From the NCBI GenBank assembly GCA_951406725.2, contig OX597834.1, positions 17,112,001 to 17,176,000 of the forward strand: a DNA stretch of 64,000 nt, read 5' to 3'. Both the position numbers and the translations under genes were made by a program. Source of the DNA: Octopus vulgaris. Taxonomy: Eukaryota. The notes under the pieces were generated by a model that worked only from the letters and a program-made list of their open reading frames with translations, did not search any database and was not told the DNA's origin. The number at the start of each line of letters is the position of its first letter. Positions within the stretch are counted from its first letter, which is position 1. Shown here one piece after another: positions 26,129-39,079 of this stretch.

Positions 26129-27444
26129 ATGTATGTATGTATATTATATATGACCTATAGACACAAGCAATCACACAAGTACACACCTTATATATGTATA
26201 AATAACAATAGTGTGCTGAAGTTTTTAAAATGTATCGACTTTGTGTATGTGTGTGACACACTTGATAAATACAGATCATAGATAAAAGATATTACCTCAC
26301 TGGAATGGCATTTCATTGAAACTTATTTATAACTATATGGTTTGGTACATTTACTTATATATAAAAATAACTGAAAGATTATCTGTGTATCTGTCTATTT
26401 CTTGAGTAAGTTAAGTACTATGTGAAATCAAAAGCTAAAAAAGTATAGAAAGAAAGGTTATGTTTTATTTGGAAAATTATACTTGAGAAAATCGACTTAG
26501 AAAGACGTCACTTGTATTAAAATAAATGAATAATAAAAGCAAGGCTTTTAAATGTTTGTTTTTCACAGAAGAAGGTGTGGGCTATAAATAGCCTGACTTA
26601 AGATGTGTCATATTTGGGTAGAGTCACTATAGCTATTAGAGATATTATTTACGAATGGATATTGGTAAAGAGTTGGCTGTGGGGAAGAGAAATCTCAAAG
26701 GTCACTTTATGAGGGAAACAAGAGCAAATATTATTATATCTTTTATCTTTCACTTGTTTCAGTTATTTGAGTGTAGCCATGCCAGGGTACAACTCTGTAC
26801 TAATCTTATCGGTCTTTTATGTTGAACCATTATGTTTTGGGGATGTAAACAAACCAACACAAGATGTGAAGCAGTGCGTGTGTGTGTGTGTGGGGAGCAA
26901 ACACAAACACACATATATAGGACTCCCACATGATTTGGTTCTACTAAACACATGCACAAGGCATTAAAAAAAAAAGCCAGAAATATTCACACTTCTGTCA
27001 ATGAATTTTCACTGGAAATTAATATATTTCTTGATACCTGTAGGTTTTAGTTATCAAGCTCTGTAACCTCATAATTCTTTGCTTAAATATTGCTGTAACA
27101 AATGCTGAAAAAAAAAAACAAAATAAAAAAAATCCTAATCCCGAGAAAACCAACTCTTATGAGATAATCCTTGTTTGTTTTTAGATAAAAGAAAACAGGT
27201 CTCATTATTATTATTATTAACCTTTTAGCATTCAAACTGGCCATATCCGGCCAGAATATTTAACCTGTTTTATATTGAAACTGACCAGCTCTCGCCTCTC
27301 ACCTCAGCCCTACAATGTCATTCTAAAACTAAAAAATTACATCACTGAAATCTCTAAATTACAAGATAATACACGATTATTTCAAAACAATATAAATAAA
27401 CAAACATCACATTTGACAGAATAATCTGAACACTAAAGGGTTAA

Positions 27445-27881
27445 GGTTGGTGAGCTGGCAGAATTGTTAGCACATCGGGCAAAATGCTTAGCAGTATTTC
27501 ATCAGTCGTTACATTCTGAGTTCGAATTCCGTTGAGGTCGACTTTGCCTTTCGTCCTTTTAGGGTTGAAGAAATAAGTATTGGTTATGCACTGGGGTCGA
27601 TAAGATCGACTAGCCCTCTTCCTCAAAAGTTTTCAAGGCCTTGTGAATAGAATAGAAATAATTACTAAGATGGTGAGCTGGCAGAACCATTAGCACACTG
27701 GATAAAATGCGGCTAAGCATTTCATCTATGTTAATGTTCTGAGTTCAAATTCCGCTGAGGTCGACTTTGCCTTGAATCCTTTTGGGGTTGAAGAATTAAG
27801 TACCAGTTGAACACTTGGGTCAATGTAAACAACTTTCCCACTCCCTTGAAATTGCTGGCCTTGTGTCAAAAGTTGAAACCA

Positions 27882-27915
<34 letters not shown>

Positions 27916-28457
27916 GGTGGTAAACTGGCAGAACCATTGGCACAGTGTTTTATGTTCTGAGTTCAAATTCTGCTGAGATCAATTTTGCTTTTCATCATTT
28001 CAGGGTTAATAAAATAAGGTACCAGTCAAATATGGGAGTAAATGTAATTGACTACTTCATGCTACCAAAAATTTCAGTCTTATACCCATAATAGAAAGGA
28101 TTATTATTATTACTTTTATGGGTTTTTCCACAAGTAACCTTTCGAAGCGCCTCCCCCTTTTGGGAGTTTTATTTGTTATATTTTTCGTTGTTATTTGAAT
28201 GCTTACATGGACCTTTCTTTTTCACAAAACTCTTTGTACTTTTCGTCTTGTGTTTGTTCCTACATGCTTTTTGATTTATGTTAGCCCCTGTGGCCAATAA
28301 ACCAGAATTAATTCTTCTTCTTCTTATTATTATTATTAAAGTGGTGAGCTGGGAGAATCATTAGCATGCTGCGCAAAATGCTCGACAGCACGACATCTGT
28401 TTTTATGTTCTGAGTTCAAATTCCACCGAGGCCAATTTTGTCTTTCATCCTTTCAGG
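27445..28457 (+). mobile_element. Head-to-tail chain of family D SINEs with an intervening LINE-like 3' end (~28120-28305)
   Basis: Four heads aag(g/a)tggtgagctggcagaa at ~27445, 27668, 27914 and 28338, each following a TTA tract. Confidence 0.85.
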
Positions 28458-29472
28458 ATCATCATCATCATTTAGCGTCCGCTTTCCATGCTGGCATGGG
28501 TTGGACGGTTCAACTGGGGTCTGGGAAGCCAGGAGGCTGCACCAGGCCCAGTCTGATCTGGCAATGTTTCTACAGCTGGATGCCCTTCCTAACGCCAACC
28601 ACTCCATGAGTGTAGTGGGTGCTTTTTACGTGCCGGACGGGGCTGGCAGACAGCCATGATCGGATGGTGTTTTTTACGTGCCACCAGTACAGAGGCCAGG
28701 CGAGGCTGGCAACGGCAACGATCGGATGGTACTTTTTACGTGCCACCGGCACAGAAGCCAGATCAATAAAATAAATACCTGTTGAGCAGTCGAAACCATA
28801 TGTGGTTGCAAAGCAAGCTTCTTAATCACACAGCAATTGCTTAGAAGTAAGTGAGTAAAATAACTTTATTTTCCTCTTTAGTAAGTTTTTAGAGAACTCA
28901 TGAGAGAGTTCTTCTGATATGCAGAAAGTTTTCAACTGAAACACGAAACTTTAAGACAGAGGATTTTGTATCATAGAAGCAGAAGAGATGATCTGCAGCA
29001 GGTTGGTAGCAAAAGGATTAATGGACTTAATCTTCTCTAGAAGAACTAAGGCAGATTTAGATTAACTAAATAAATAGTAACTCATCCTCCTCCTCCTCCT
29101 CATCATCATCATCATCGTTACTTAACATTCATGTTCCATACTGGCAAAGTCGAATGTTCTGACTAGGATCTATTGAGGTTGCTATGGCACACATCACAAT
29201 TGTTAGCAACATTTTAAGTTCCATTTTGTATCTTTATCAGTGATATGTATTAGTATATCTGTGTCTGTGTGGTCACCAATTTCTTTCACATAAAGTTTCA
29301 ATAGGTGCATAGTTTTCAAAAGGTATATGTAGAAAATTTCACAGAGGAAACAAAGCCAGCACTCTTGTGTAACTAGGTAACACACATACTCTAACATAAC
29401 TACATATATGTGGACATGTGGACATTTATCTCTCTCTCTCTCTGTTTATAAACACACATACACACACACACA

Positions 29473-29688
29473 CGAGGAAGTGCTGAAAAGTTACTGGCTT
29501 TAAGGGTATCGCAAAAGGATCGGTTGGAGGCCCAACGTTTCAAATTCTTTTATAGGGTTTTAGAAAAACTGAAGGACTGCTGCAATCTGTGTGAATCTGA
29601 GAGGGGAATATATCGGGTAAAATCATAATTAACTGATCCTCCTGTATTTTCTTTTACCTAAGGCTAGGAACTTTTCAGCATCCCCTGG
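29473..29688 (+). mobile_element. Mariner-derived MITE
   Basis: TIRs cgaggaagtgctgaaaagttactggc / gctaggaacttttcagcatcccctgg followed by TA. The interior retains a mariner C-terminus-like CVNLRGEY. Fragments at 7712-7865 and 25432-25566. Confidence 0.75.
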
Positions 29689-29930
29689 TACAAAACTTGA
29701 AGAAGGGTGGGGGCGCAGATGTCCTTATGCTAGATGGGGCTTCAGGTATGAGAGAAGAGGTTGGGGTAGGGCCAGTGGCATAGCTAATAGGGAAGTATAA
29801 AGAAATACCACGTACCTACATAATCAGCTCCAGGAATGCATTTAATATGTAACTTGGTACATCCAATAACTTAACACTGCTGTATGTGGTGGCTATATAA
29901 GAAATGCGTTTGGAGGCTAGAATAGGTTAG

Positions 29931-29982
29931 ATGAGTGTTGATGAAGGGGTAAATCCCCCTGAAATATGGCATAGACACTCAT
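29931..29982 (+). ncRNA. Degenerate minimal type-I hammerhead ribozyme (Penelope-like element type)
   Basis: Stem I atgagtgt/acactcat; core (t)TGATGA at 29938-29944 (C3 lost); stem II agggg/cccct; GAAA at 29961-29964; very short stem III; AUA triplet at 29971-29973. TATATAAG lies ~35 nt upstream. Confidence 0.6.
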
Positions 29983-30291
29983 TACCCATTTTTGTCTTTG
30001 ATCTCATTGTTTGTTTACATCTGATGTCTTGATACAAAATGTAGCAAAAATCAATGCCAGCTATATTCTCTATACAATAACCTTAACAAGTGATGTAAAG
30101 CACACTACTAACACAGTAGAACATGGTACTGCCTTATAAAAACATTCAATATTCTTTATAGTACATAATGGTCATGTAACGAAATACCATGTTCCTATAA
30201 GTCATTAATATTAATAATAATAACAATAATAATAATCATCATCATCGTTTAACGTCCGCTTTCCATGCTAGCATGGGTTGGACAGTTCAAC

Positions 30292-30835
30292 TAATAATAA
30301 TAAGGAAATTATTGTATACAGTGCTCAGGTGCACCACAACTTGTCAAAAAGTGCGTATAAAGTATATGCAGTAATGTACAAATGTCTGGGAAGCGAACAG
30401 TGTATGAGTCAGATACATGCTTGCATGTGTATGGAGGGGAGAAAATCAGGTGTAATGTTGGCGAATCTCAGGAAGCATGGAAGTTTTGAAGGATGCAGTG
30501 CTCCGACAACTAACAACTGATGCCGGCAGTTTGTTCCATGCTACAGCAACCCTTAGCTTGAAAAAGTGTTTCCGAAAGTCATGGGAGCTGTGCTGTTTTC
30601 TGACTTTGTAAACATGTCCACGGGTGTTAGACAGGTGGAGTTTGAAAAGGTGCTCAGAGTTATTGTTTGTAAGGTGGTTAATAATTTTATGGGAGTCTGC
30701 CAAGTCAGCTGCCAGACGTCGGAGTTTCAATGTATCCATGCCCAGGGAAGTAAGGCGTTCAAAATATGGCAAATGCCTGATGGAGAGCATTCTCTTGGTT
30801 GCACATTGCTGAACGGTTTCCAGACATTGATGTAT
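30292..30835 (-). mobile_element. 5'-truncated CR1-clade LINE (ORF2 C-terminus, 3' UTR and (TTA)n tail)
   Basis: ORF 30446-30859 reads LETVQQCATK..LPYFERL..L.MDTLKLRR...DL...KI...TRGH.YK.RK....FRKHFF.LRV..AWNKLP..VV...S.ASFK, the characteristic CR1 ORF2 C-terminal motif series. Followed by a short 3' UTR and an AAT-repeat tail at 30292-30303. Confidence 0.9.
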
Positions 30836-33058
30836 ATTACAACTGATGAAATATTTCAATAATGTAAGAGAAATTAATCAAAAATTGTTCGTTATGTGTC
30901 ACAGTGCTTTTCTTTTTTTTTATGTAGTCCTTTTTTGTACCTTTAGAACCAGGTTACACATGTGGGTGGAGCAGGTTCTTGTAGATAATCTATATGGCTC
31001 ACTCATGCTTAGTGGAGGGCATGATAATGAGTCCGTGGAGTTATCTCCTGAGAAATAAATGGTGATGAGGAGAAGTCCAGGTAATAAAGTGAGTAGTGAT
31101 GAGTAGGGACAGAGAAGCTAGATGTGTGTGTGGGTGTAGGTGAGTTGTAAAAGTGTATGGTGGGGATGTTGGATAGAAGGGACAGGGAGGAGAGGGGAGA
31201 GGGAAGATAGGCAACATTTGTAAAGATCAGGTAGGGTTGAAGGATGGATGCAGTGAGGATTGAATATTTCCCACATCCCATATATATATATATGATAGGC
31301 TTCCTTCAGTTTCTACCAACGAAATCCATTCACAAAGCTTTGGTTGGTCCAAAGCTATAACAGAAGACACTTGCCCAAGGTGCCACACAGTGGGACTGAA
31401 CCTAGAACTATGTGGTTGGGAAGCAAGCTTCTTACCACACAGACACGCTTGTGATTTTCAAATATTTTTCATCTTTTATTTATTTCACCAATTCGAATGC
31501 AGCTATGCTGAGGCATTATCTTCCAGAGTTTTTAGTCAAACAAACTGAGCCCAGTACTTATTTTTTATATTTTTTAAGCCTAGTACTCATCTTAACTTTC
31601 TCTTGTGTTGAACTGCTAAGTTATGGGGACATAAACCAACAAACACCAGTTCTTAAGTGGGCAACAAACACACACACACACATGCATGCATGCACATATA
31701 TATAAGACATTTGACCAAAGTGCTCTGCAGTGGGACTGAACCTGAAACCACAAGGCTGGGAAGCAAGCTTCTTAACTACACAGCCACACATAAGTATGCA
31801 TGTACATACATACATGCATGCATACATACATACAATACACATACATACATACAATACACATACATACATGCATACATACATACAATACACATGCGTCCAA
31901 ATCATTTCCAGTCCATGCAAATACGCAGAAATGCTTAATCTGCTTTAGCATATGAAATTCTTTTAAAAAGATTAAAATTAGTCATTCCTTGAATGCACAT
32001 ACACATGCATGTGCATGCACACCTATACACACACACACAGATAGATACATGAACATACACAAGACACAGTAATACACACAACACACACACCATATACAGG
32101 AGCCACGAAGCACAAAATCAAAGAAATTAAACATTGATTTCAAACACTGGCAGAAAACTAAACAACTGTTTGGTGAATAGACAGAGAGCTATCATCATCA
32201 TCATCACTGTTGTTTTAATTTCCACTTTTCTATGCTTGCATGGCTCTGATGGAGTTCACTAAAGTGGATTTTTTACAGCCAAATGCTCTTCCTGTTGCCA
32301 ACCCTTAACCATTTCCAAGCAAGAGAATATTTCCCCAAGGCCAGACATGTTTTTACAGAATATTGGAAATGAATGGTATTCATTTATAACAATTACACGG
32401 TGTCAAGACAAAGAGATACAAACTCATTCATATACTTATACATGAACACACACAATGGGCTTCTTTCAGTTTCTGTCCACCAAATCCACTCACAAGGTTT
32501 GGGCTGGCCCGGGGCTGTAGTAGAAGGCAATTGTCCAAAGTGCCACACAGCAGAACTGAACCTGGAACCATGTATGCGCTTGGGAAGCAAACTTCTTAAC
32601 CACACAACCATACCTGCAGCTACCATACATTTGAACTGATCCACTGGAAGGGTGAAAGTTAAAGTTGACCAGAGTGTGATTTGAACTTAGAATGTAAAGG
32701 CTGAAACTGAATACCTCAAGGTATATTGCGCAGTTCTAATGATTCTGTGGAAACAACTAGTTTCCTTGATTTGATCAAAGGTTCAACTGCCATCACACAA
32801 CTTCAATATACACAGTGTCCTTCCTTTTATAAGGTGGCAGGGTTTGATTTGAGGGAGATTTGACAGCATGGAAGAGTAGAGTTTTAAATGATGATGATGA
32901 TGATAATAATAGTCAGTACAGGAAATCTTTGGTCGTAGGTATACTTGACCAAGGCTGACATCATTAGAAGTGAACACCAATAAATTAAGACAATTTAGGA
33001 CCTCTTATCCAGTTTCCAGAAATTCAGAATTTCCAAAAATCTGGAAGTCCTATTCAAT

Positions 33059-33450
33059 AGGTGCAGGAGTGGCTGCGTGGTAAGTAGCTTGCTTACCAAC
33101 CAAATGGTTCTGGGTTCAGTCCCACTGAGTGGCACCTTGGGCAAGGGTCTTCTACCCTAGCCTTGGGCCGACCAAAGCCTTGTGAGTGGATTTGGTAGAT
33201 GGAAACTGAAAGAAGCCAGTCGTATATATGTATATGTATATATATGTGTGTGTGTGTTTGTATGTCTGTGTTTGTCCCCACAACCGATGCTGGTGTGTTT
33301 ACGTCCCCGTAACTTAGTGGTTCAGCAAAGAGACCGATAGAATAAGTACTGGGTTTACAAAGAATAAGTCCTGAGGTTGATTTGCTTGACTAAAGGCGGT
33401 GCTCCAGCATGGTCGCAGTCAAATGACTGAAACAAGTAAAAGATAAAGAG
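33059..33450 (+). mobile_element. Family A SINE
   Basis: Full-length, moderately diverged copy. Confidence 0.9.
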
Positions 33451-34732
33451 GGTATCATGTTATATACTGTATCCTGTACCCTGTTTTGAAGTAGGTTAAT
33501 TTGCATATGGTATGTTAAAAATAGTTTTGTTCTTTAAGCTTTTTTTAAAAAATGAATTGATAAAAATCAAACATATTCAGCTTCAGAAGTGTATTAATAA
33601 CGTGTCTGTCTCTGTTAAATAGAATCATGTTCTTTATTATTTTTTTCATGTAATTTTCATCTTATAAACATTATTACTGTATATATGGTACAATATGATA
33701 TATTTTAAGTGGATTAATAAATATCAGACAGATCCTGCTTTAGAAGTGAACTAATTTGAATCCATCAAGTGTAATTTAGTTCTTTATTTTTCTTAGTTTA
33801 TTTCATATTTTCAGTACGCATTTAGAGTGTCTCCAGAAAACTGGAAAATCCAGAAATCTGGGACACATCTGGTTCCAAACTAGCTGGTTTATTGGTCCAG
33901 TATTGTATGAACGTTTCACTTCTGCATATAACAATGGTTCTTCTAAAATTTGAAGCTTGTTAAAATAGCCAACCAAAGTCAGAATACTTGATAACAATGT
34001 CTGTGTGAGTGTGCGTACTTGCGTATGTATTATGTATGCATGTATGTGCATGTATGCGCATGCAGGAGGGAGGAGAATGCATAATGGAATGATGATAGCT
34101 GTTTTCAATCTTTTTTTTTTTTTTAAATGGGGGTAACCCAAAGAAGAACCATGGAGGGTTGCATACAATTGAGGGGGGTTAAGAAAATGATCGCTGCTTT
34201 ACATGCACTATGAAGATCCATCATTGGTTTTGCAGATGCTTATAAAAAAAGTTGAGAAACAGAGAGAGCGAGAGAGAGATTGAGAAAAACAGTGAATAGA
34301 GACAGAGAGAGAGAAAGAAAAAGTTAGAGGGAAGAAGAGAAAGGATTAAAGAGAAGAGAAAGAATTAAGGGAATAAGAAGAGAGAGAAAGAGAGAGAGAG
34401 AGAGAGAATATATTAATGCAGTCAAGAAAATTTTAAAATTCACATACAAGGTAGGATTTCGATCCAGTTTCAAAGTGCATTGATGTCTAATATGATATAA
34501 TACTGTTGCTATATTAAGTTGTGCAGTATGGACAATATGACAGCAAAAAGAAAAAATAGAAAGGAAAGGCTTAATATAAAATTAACGATGCTTAAAATAT
34601 AGCACGGTAGTCATAGTGGGCCACCAGTGCACTCTTCTTTCATTGCTGCAACAACCACTTCCCCACCCCACTACACTTCTTAAATAGATGTTCATAAATA
34701 TATCATAGAGAGAAGCAAGCAGGTGCACTTAC

Positions 34733-34829
34733 CTGATGAAAACATCAACAGTATTATGAGATTTATGATAAGAAATTGGTTTTTGTGACATAGCAGTGCA
34801 GGAATCGCTTGGAGCCGTATCAGCGCCAT
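34733..34829 (-). CDS. First coding segment of a minus-strand gene: signal-peptide/signal-anchor-like N-terminus MALIRLQAIPALLCHKNQFLIINLIILLMFSS(G..); secreted or membrane protein of unknown identity
   Basis: Exon 34876-34733 has a pyrimidine-rich acceptor (ttttattttacattatttcctccaattctatctag|) and a consensus donor (TCAG|gtaagt). ATG at 34829 is in strong context (gcgATGg). The 97 nt give 32 codons plus 1 (phase-1 intron), and the hydrophobic stretch FLIINLIILLMF lies just before the intron. Unique, non-repeat sequence. Confidence 0.75.
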
Positions 34830-35209
34830 CGCACCTTTTGGTTTAATAGTAAAAGACGACCGTCAGAGAGCATCACCTAGATAGAATTGGAGGAAATAAT
34901 GTAAAATAAAAATATATACAAGAAAAAAACCCTTGATGTGATAATAAAATTAAAAGAAAGAGCAATAAAATGAAGTGAAATACGTTAGTTCTTTACTATT
35001 TTCTTTTAACAAATGAAGAGGAAAAAAATTGTATCTGAGGAGGAGAATAAGGTTAAAATCTTGATTTATTTTGTGTTTGAACATTTGGAGATGCTGAAGA
35101 AAATATAGAAATATTGAGAAGGCCAAAAAGGGGAAAAAAAAAGATGAAAAGAAAAAGAACCCCTCCAAAAACAAAAAGGTTACCTAGATAAGATGATACA
35201 AATAAATAC

Positions 35210-35325
35210 CTGGTCAACAAGTCATACTGACTTCCTCAGATTCCGTAGCAATCAATGAAGAAAGAATATTTTAACCGAAAATTTTATGATAATGAGCTTA
35301 TATTCTCATTGTTCTCTTCTTTCTT
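35210..35325 (-). other. Possible alternative first exon of the minus-strand gene
   Basis: Donor CCAG|gtattt at 35210/35209 (second donor-like TAG|gtaacc at 35184). TATA-like ctatatatggg at ~35345-35355 on the minus strand. Unique sequence. No transcript evidence. Confidence 0.3.
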
Positions 35326-36655
35326 TCTTTCTTTCTTCTGCCAGCCCATATATAGATATAGTCATATGTATAGATTTATGTGTATTTCTATAAACCATTT
35401 GTAGACAAGGAATTTTTGTTTAGGTGCTGCAACATTTGCAATGCAAAAGCAAAAATAATGACGATCATTACTTTATGCATGAACACAGAAGAAGAACAAA
35501 ATCATTCGATTTCTGAATCAATCAATCTATCAATCGATTATCACTACACCACCACCACCACCACCACCACCATCATCATCATCGTCATCACCCCCGCCAT
35601 CAATGGCAGTCTGTCTAAATAGTTCACAGGTGCATTTATGAATATGGCACCTTATAATAACAATTTTCCAATGAATTAAATGCAATTCTAAATTGTTCAT
35701 CTTTATTTGCATACTTAAATGCATGCATATATGTCTGTGTTTGTGTTTATGCACACAAAAATATGCAGCCATACACACATGTATTTATGCAAACATGCGC
35801 ATATATTTTGGAAATATATATATATATATATATGAGTGTGGGTGATTATGCAGATATGTGTGTGTTTGGATGTGTGTAATTATATATGCTTATATGTTTG
35901 CAAGCATGTGATAATATATATATAAAAAAAAAAAAAACAATTATATAACTGATACACATTTTCTATAGATCTCCTCCTTTAGATATTTTTATTACAATAA
36001 AAAAAAAATTCCGAAATAAATTCAACATTGCAAAATGTTTTTTTTTAATAATTTTTTTTTTTTTAAATTAAATCACTGATATATTATTTTTGAAAAAAAA
36101 TATATCTCTTGAGAAAATATGGAGAAAAAAAATTGATACTAAAATATATCATTGATAAAAAAATTACTAACAAACAATATACAAGCTTGTTATTAGTTTA
36201 ATATGAAGAATATAAATATATTTTAGAATATCTAAAAGAAATGCAAAAAAAAAAACCCCAATCAGTTCTTTTTAAAGAAAATAGAAGCAACCTAAATCCT
36301 ATATATTCACCAAAAATAATGATTAAATAACAACACAGTAATGCAAAAAAAAAAATGAACACACCTGAAGAGAAATATTAACCCAACACAGTCATTGCAT
36401 TTACCTAAGATTTCTTCAACATTGAATCCATAAATTATTTCTTTTTTAGTGTATACACATTACATTTAAGCTATATCTTGCTTTAACTCCTCATACACAC
36501 ATACACGTGTGTGTATACATGTATATGTGTATGTGTATATATATGCATGTACAGGTATGTATATATATATACACTCACACACAAATACATTTATACACAC
36601 ACACACATATATATATATACATACACTATATCTATTGTTTTCTCTCTCACTTTAT

Positions 36656-36692
<37 letters not shown>

Positions 36693-36705
36693 CATATATA
36701 TATAT

Positions 36706-36748
<43 letters not shown>

Positions 36749-37284
36749 TAGATATATAGATAAATAGAGATAGATAGATAGAGAGAGAGAGAGAGAAAGA
36801 AGGCTTCTATGACAGATAGAGACGGAATAGAGAGAAGAAATAAATGGCACAGATTGGGGAAGTGCGTGCTACAAAGATTATGGTAGCATGAGAAAAAAGG
36901 ACGGAAGAAAGGTGAGCTATTGAAGAGGAAATAAATGCATCACCAGACAGAACGACGCAGTATTGGAATGGAATGAAAAAGAGTGACTGAGAGAGGAAAG
37001 AAATGATTAGTCACTAGATAGATAGGTAAATAGGTAAAGGTGAAAATGAAAGAACACGATCACATGCTGTGACAAAAACACGGAGGTTTTGAGTGGTTAG
37101 CCAAGTAACCAGGGACATAGAAAGGTATTGGTATTAAGATATTTGGTATGGATACTGGGAGCAGAAGTAATTTGGTTTGGATATGAAATGTTATAGAAAT
37201 GGTTAGAGAGTTTATAGAATGGCGAATAAATATATTCAGTTACAGAAAAGAAAAACGCATTAATCTCTCTCTCTCTCTCTATCT

Positions 37285-37732
37285 CCCTATATATATATAT
37301 ATATATACATACACACACAGGTTCATATATATATATATATATATATATACATACACACACACAGGTTCATATATATATATACATATATATACATACACAC
37401 AGACAGGTTCATATATATATATATACATACACACACACAGGTTCATATATATATATATACATACACACACACAGGTTCATATATATATATATACATACAC
37501 ACACACAGGTTCATATATATATATATATATACATACACACACACAGGTTCATATATATATATATACATACACACACACAGGTTCATATATATATATATAT
37601 ATACATACACACACACAGGTTCATATATATATATATATACATACACACAGACAGGTTCATATATATATATATATATACATACACACACACAGGTTCATAT
37701 ATATATATATATACATACACACACACAGGTTC

Positions 37733-37768
<36 letters not shown>

Positions 37769-37795
37769 ACGTTCATATATATATATATATATATA
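37285..37795. repeat. ~30-35-bp minisatellite (CA)n-ggttc-(AT)n-acat
   Basis: About 15 units with invariant caggttcat anchor; source of the spurious 199-aa ORF. Confidence 0.95.
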
Positions 37796-39079
37796 TGATT
37801 GTATAAACACACAGTATTTCAAGATTAACTATCTACAGAGCGAAATTCAATAAGATTACTCAATTTAGTAAAAAAAAAAATTTATAAATCAAACGACTAT
37901 TGTTATTGAAGATAATGATGTTGATAACGATCTATGATAATGTGTGTGCATACGTGTGTGTGTGTTTGTTTGTTTAAAGCTTGACAATTAGTGCATGACC
38001 AATATTGACAATTCTATTTTCAAACAAAATTACAAAAGGCGTCAGTCCTTGATCAAACATATCATCATTATTGCTGTGGTTTGTCACGAGTTAACGATGA
38101 AGTAATGAGCTACCGGGTCGCTCGACTGCTAGAAATAGCAGTGAAAATTCACTCCTACTATCTTAAGAAAGGACACGTTGCAACAAGGCAATCACGTGCA
38201 TACACACACACACACACACACAGAGGATATGATGGTCACAGGTGGAACATCTCTTGAGCGTAGATCGTGTTCGAAATGGGTTTACCTGTAGGGGCTGACT
38301 CTAACACTCGCGCCATCTCCAATATAATGTGAAGCAAATTTACAACGATTAGGCTATCCATAACACACACACACATCGCATAATATATATACACACGCAC
38401 ACACATACACACACACGTACATACATACAAATAAAAACATGCATACAGAGACATACACAGGTACATACAGATACACAAGCATACATACACATTCATAACT
38501 ACAGGCATATACATAACTATATATACACACATAGGCATACGTACACACCTACAGACAGACACACATGCGTTAATACACACACACACACCAAGTAACACCC
38601 ACCTGTATGTTTGTAATTAAATTTTCACCTGTTCCTTTCTTTTTGTTCGTATTTAACCCCCACCTCTTCTCGTCACCTTTAGACAGACAAGATTACGTTA
38701 AGAAATGCTACACGCATGATCTATCGATCCATCTTCTCTGGAGTAAAATAAATAAATACGAAGTACCCTACATATAGCTTAATAAAAAAAACAAACTAAA
38801 CATAACATTTAAAAAGAATCACCTAACAAAGCACAAATCACACAGGTTGGGTTCAAGGATTATTATTATTGTTCTTCTTTTTATTATCGTTTGTAACAAT
38901 CACAATATAATAACAAAAAAAGAGAAAAAGAAAGAACTTGTCACGAAGTAATCTCATCGGTGAAGCAAAAGTGACAATTCATTTTAAGAAGGAAAAGAGA
39001 AAGAAGACCAAGGGAATGTTTGTTTTACTTTTTCTTTTCATTTTTTTTCTTCTTTTTTTTTGTTGCTTTTTGTTATTTT

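Noticed and set aside
37199-37798. Longest ORF in the track (199 aa, Y/I/H/T-rich)
   Set aside because: It is a translation of the (CA)n/(TA)n minisatellite. The same applies to the many YIYI, VCVC, HTHT and ERER ORFs.
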